Assembly (NCBI GenBank): GCA_043817315.1
Contig: JBDRGY010000003.1
Span: 59,181-123,180, forward strand
Length of the DNA stretch: 64,000 nt
Direction of reading: 5' to 3'
Source of the DNA: Patescibacteria group bacterium
Lineage (GTDB): Bacteria > Patescibacteriota > Patescibacteriia > JBDRGY01
Part shown: positions 63,040 through 64,000 of the stretch, in pieces
Numbering within the stretch: position 1 is the first letter of the stretch
Layout of the letters: every line of letters starts with the position of its first letter
The notes under the pieces: model-generated
What the model was told of the DNA's origin: nothing
The model's input: only the letters and a program-made list of their open reading frames with translations
The model's database searches: none
Program-made: the position numbers and the translations under genes

Positions 63040-64000
63040 AAAACTTAATCTAGTAATTTCCGGATCTATTGTAGTCATCCTGTTGTTTTGCTTTGCCAGT
63101 TTTCAGCCAGGTTCTGTGCAGTCGGCTATGGACGACGACATTACCGGCTTTGCCTGGTTTGGCGCAAACTGTATCCCCGGAGAGGATTGTAATACCACAA
63201 ATACCGGGGCTATCGGCTGGATCAGCATGAATTGTTATCAGCCAGGCGTTTTTGACGAATGTGGCGGACTTTTCGGCTACGGTGTTGATATCGGACCACC
63301 TAGTGGTGGCATCAGAGACATCACTGGGTATGCCTGGATCGGGACCGGGGACCCCACTAAAGAGTCAGAAGCTCATCCTATTGGTTGGATCAATTTTGAC
63401 GAATACCCTATCGTTGATTGGGATTTGGCTGATTATACAGATGCCCATGTTGATGCTGCCGGTAACATGTACGGTTGGGCCCGGATCCATAGTATCGCGG
63501 AAGATCTGTCGGCTGATAATGGCTGGATACGTTTTCGCTGTGAGGCGGCTGAGTGTGGAGCCAATAGCTATGGAGTTACTATAGATCTGGATACCGGTGA
63601 TTTTCTAGACGGTTCTTTTGCCTGGGCCGGTCATCATGATGAAGGGGGGTTAGGCTGGATTGACTTTAGTGGAGTAGCTATTACCGGTGGTAAGCCGGTT
63701 TTAGTGGTTCAGGAAACTGATTTGGGCCCCACTGCTCCGGCAGAAGCTGATTCTTACGTCCGTCTGCAGTGTGCGGCAACTTTTGTGCCATTAGGTTCAA
63801 ACAATTTCACTGTGTTTGAATACAAAAAAGCTTCAGATTCTAGCTGGTCGTCAATGATTACCGGTACGGAGGGTTATAGTGGAACACCTATCAATTATAA
63901 TTGGTGGGATTGGAGTTCTTCAGGCATTGAAGTTGCTGGTGACACTGAAGATTATGAAATGCGCTGCCGGGTCTGCGCCCAGGAAGCTAATTGTACCGAG
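63020..64000 (+). CDS. Secreted protein with GW[IV]xF repeats, partial (runs off the 3' end of the window); absent from the supplied ORF track
   Basis: ATG at 63020 overlaps the upstream gene by 20 nt. Frame is open to 64000. Signal peptide (LVISGSIVVILLFCFASF). Repeated TGAIGWISMNC, HPIGWINFDEY, DNGWIRFRCEA, GGLGWIDFSGV units and scattered Cys. Confidence 0.45.
   Translation, partial: MGLVKNKKLNLVISGSIVVILLFCFASFQPGSVQSAMDDDITGFAWFGANCIPGEDCNTTNTGAIGWISMNCYQPGVFDECGGLFGYGVDIGPPSGGIRDITGYAWIGTGDPTKESEAHPIGWINFDEYPIVDWDLADYTDAHVDAAGNMYGWARIHSIAEDLSADNGWIRFRCEAAECGANSYGVTIDLDTGDFLDGSFAWAGHHDEGGLGWIDFSGVAITGGKPVLVVQETDLGPTAPAEADSYVRLQCAATFVPLGSNNFTVFEYKKASDSSWSSMITGTEGYSGTPINYNWWDWSSSGIEVAGDTEDYEMRCRVCAQEANCTE

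Noticed and set aside
63252-63584. 110-aa ORF listed in the track near the window end
   Set aside because: It is out of frame relative to a much longer open frame (63020..64000+) that has a signal peptide and internal repeats, so it is treated as spurious.
1-64000. CRISPR arrays, rRNA genes, transposases/integrases, diversity-generating retroelement (RT with YxDD plus template/variable repeats)
   Set aside because: Searched for by eye. No short direct-repeat/spacer arrays, no rRNA-like conserved blocks, and no RT or recombinase motifs were seen in any long ORF.

Overview
AT-rich bacterial fragment, gene-dense on both strands. The gene content and style (tRNA synthetases, reduced metabolism, giant Cys-rich surface proteins, small GIY-YIG ORFs next to tRNAs, a four-helix-bundle IVS-type protein, T4SS remnants) suggest a CPR/Patescibacteria-like episymbiont; that lineage call is inference. 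Housekeeping genes recognised directly: leuS C-terminal part, tsaC/yrdC, rsmA/ksgA, prs, radA, an Mpg/AAG-family 3-methyladenine glycosylase, recG, tyrS, comF-like, a ClpC/ClpB-family ATPase, htpX, lemA, and three tRNAs (Arg-GCG, Ser-GCU, Ser-UGA). Three accessory blocks stand out. (1) 5.6-20.2 kb: a consensus sigma70-like promoter drives an operon of an acidic membrane protein, a 3162-aa Cys-rich giant surface protein with three CBM4/9-like modules and a PKD-like C-terminus, a VirB6/TrbL-like polytopic membrane protein with a ~550-aa charged C-terminal extension, and a 448-aa unknown. (2) 22.0-33.5 kb: an ~11.5-kb tightly packed or overlapping polycistron encoding a Gram-positive/ComB-style type IV secretion-like core: a PrgI/VirB3-like protein, a VirB4 ATPase preceded by a coupled VirB4-N-domain-like ORF, a bitopic VirB8-like candidate, and two near-identical VirB2/TrbC-like pilin hairpin modules fused to Cys-rich ectodomains, plus a membrane-anchored beta-propeller. 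No relaxase or coupling protein is present, and DNA recombination/competence genes lie directly downstream (radA, mpg, recG) and within ~8.5 kb (comF). (3) 47.3-64 kb: a co-directional array of paralogous giant secreted proteins of 591, 1594, 2034 and 427 aa. They share N-terminal anchor motifs and recurring aaYFeG and NLNvDxLDG motifs. The three largest end in a conserved F-[DN]-Y-[FL]-I-[IV]-[NK] C-terminal module, and the 1594- and 2034-aa members carry Kelch/galactose-oxidase-like propellers. They are followed by a tandem thioredoxin/DsbA-fold protein with a CPYS site and a further secreted GW-repeat protein. Also present: a ~1-kb GC-rich island between mpg and recG carrying a TraR/DksA-type zinc-finger gene with its own intrinsic terminator. 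No CRISPR array, rRNA or recognisable transposase/integrase was found.
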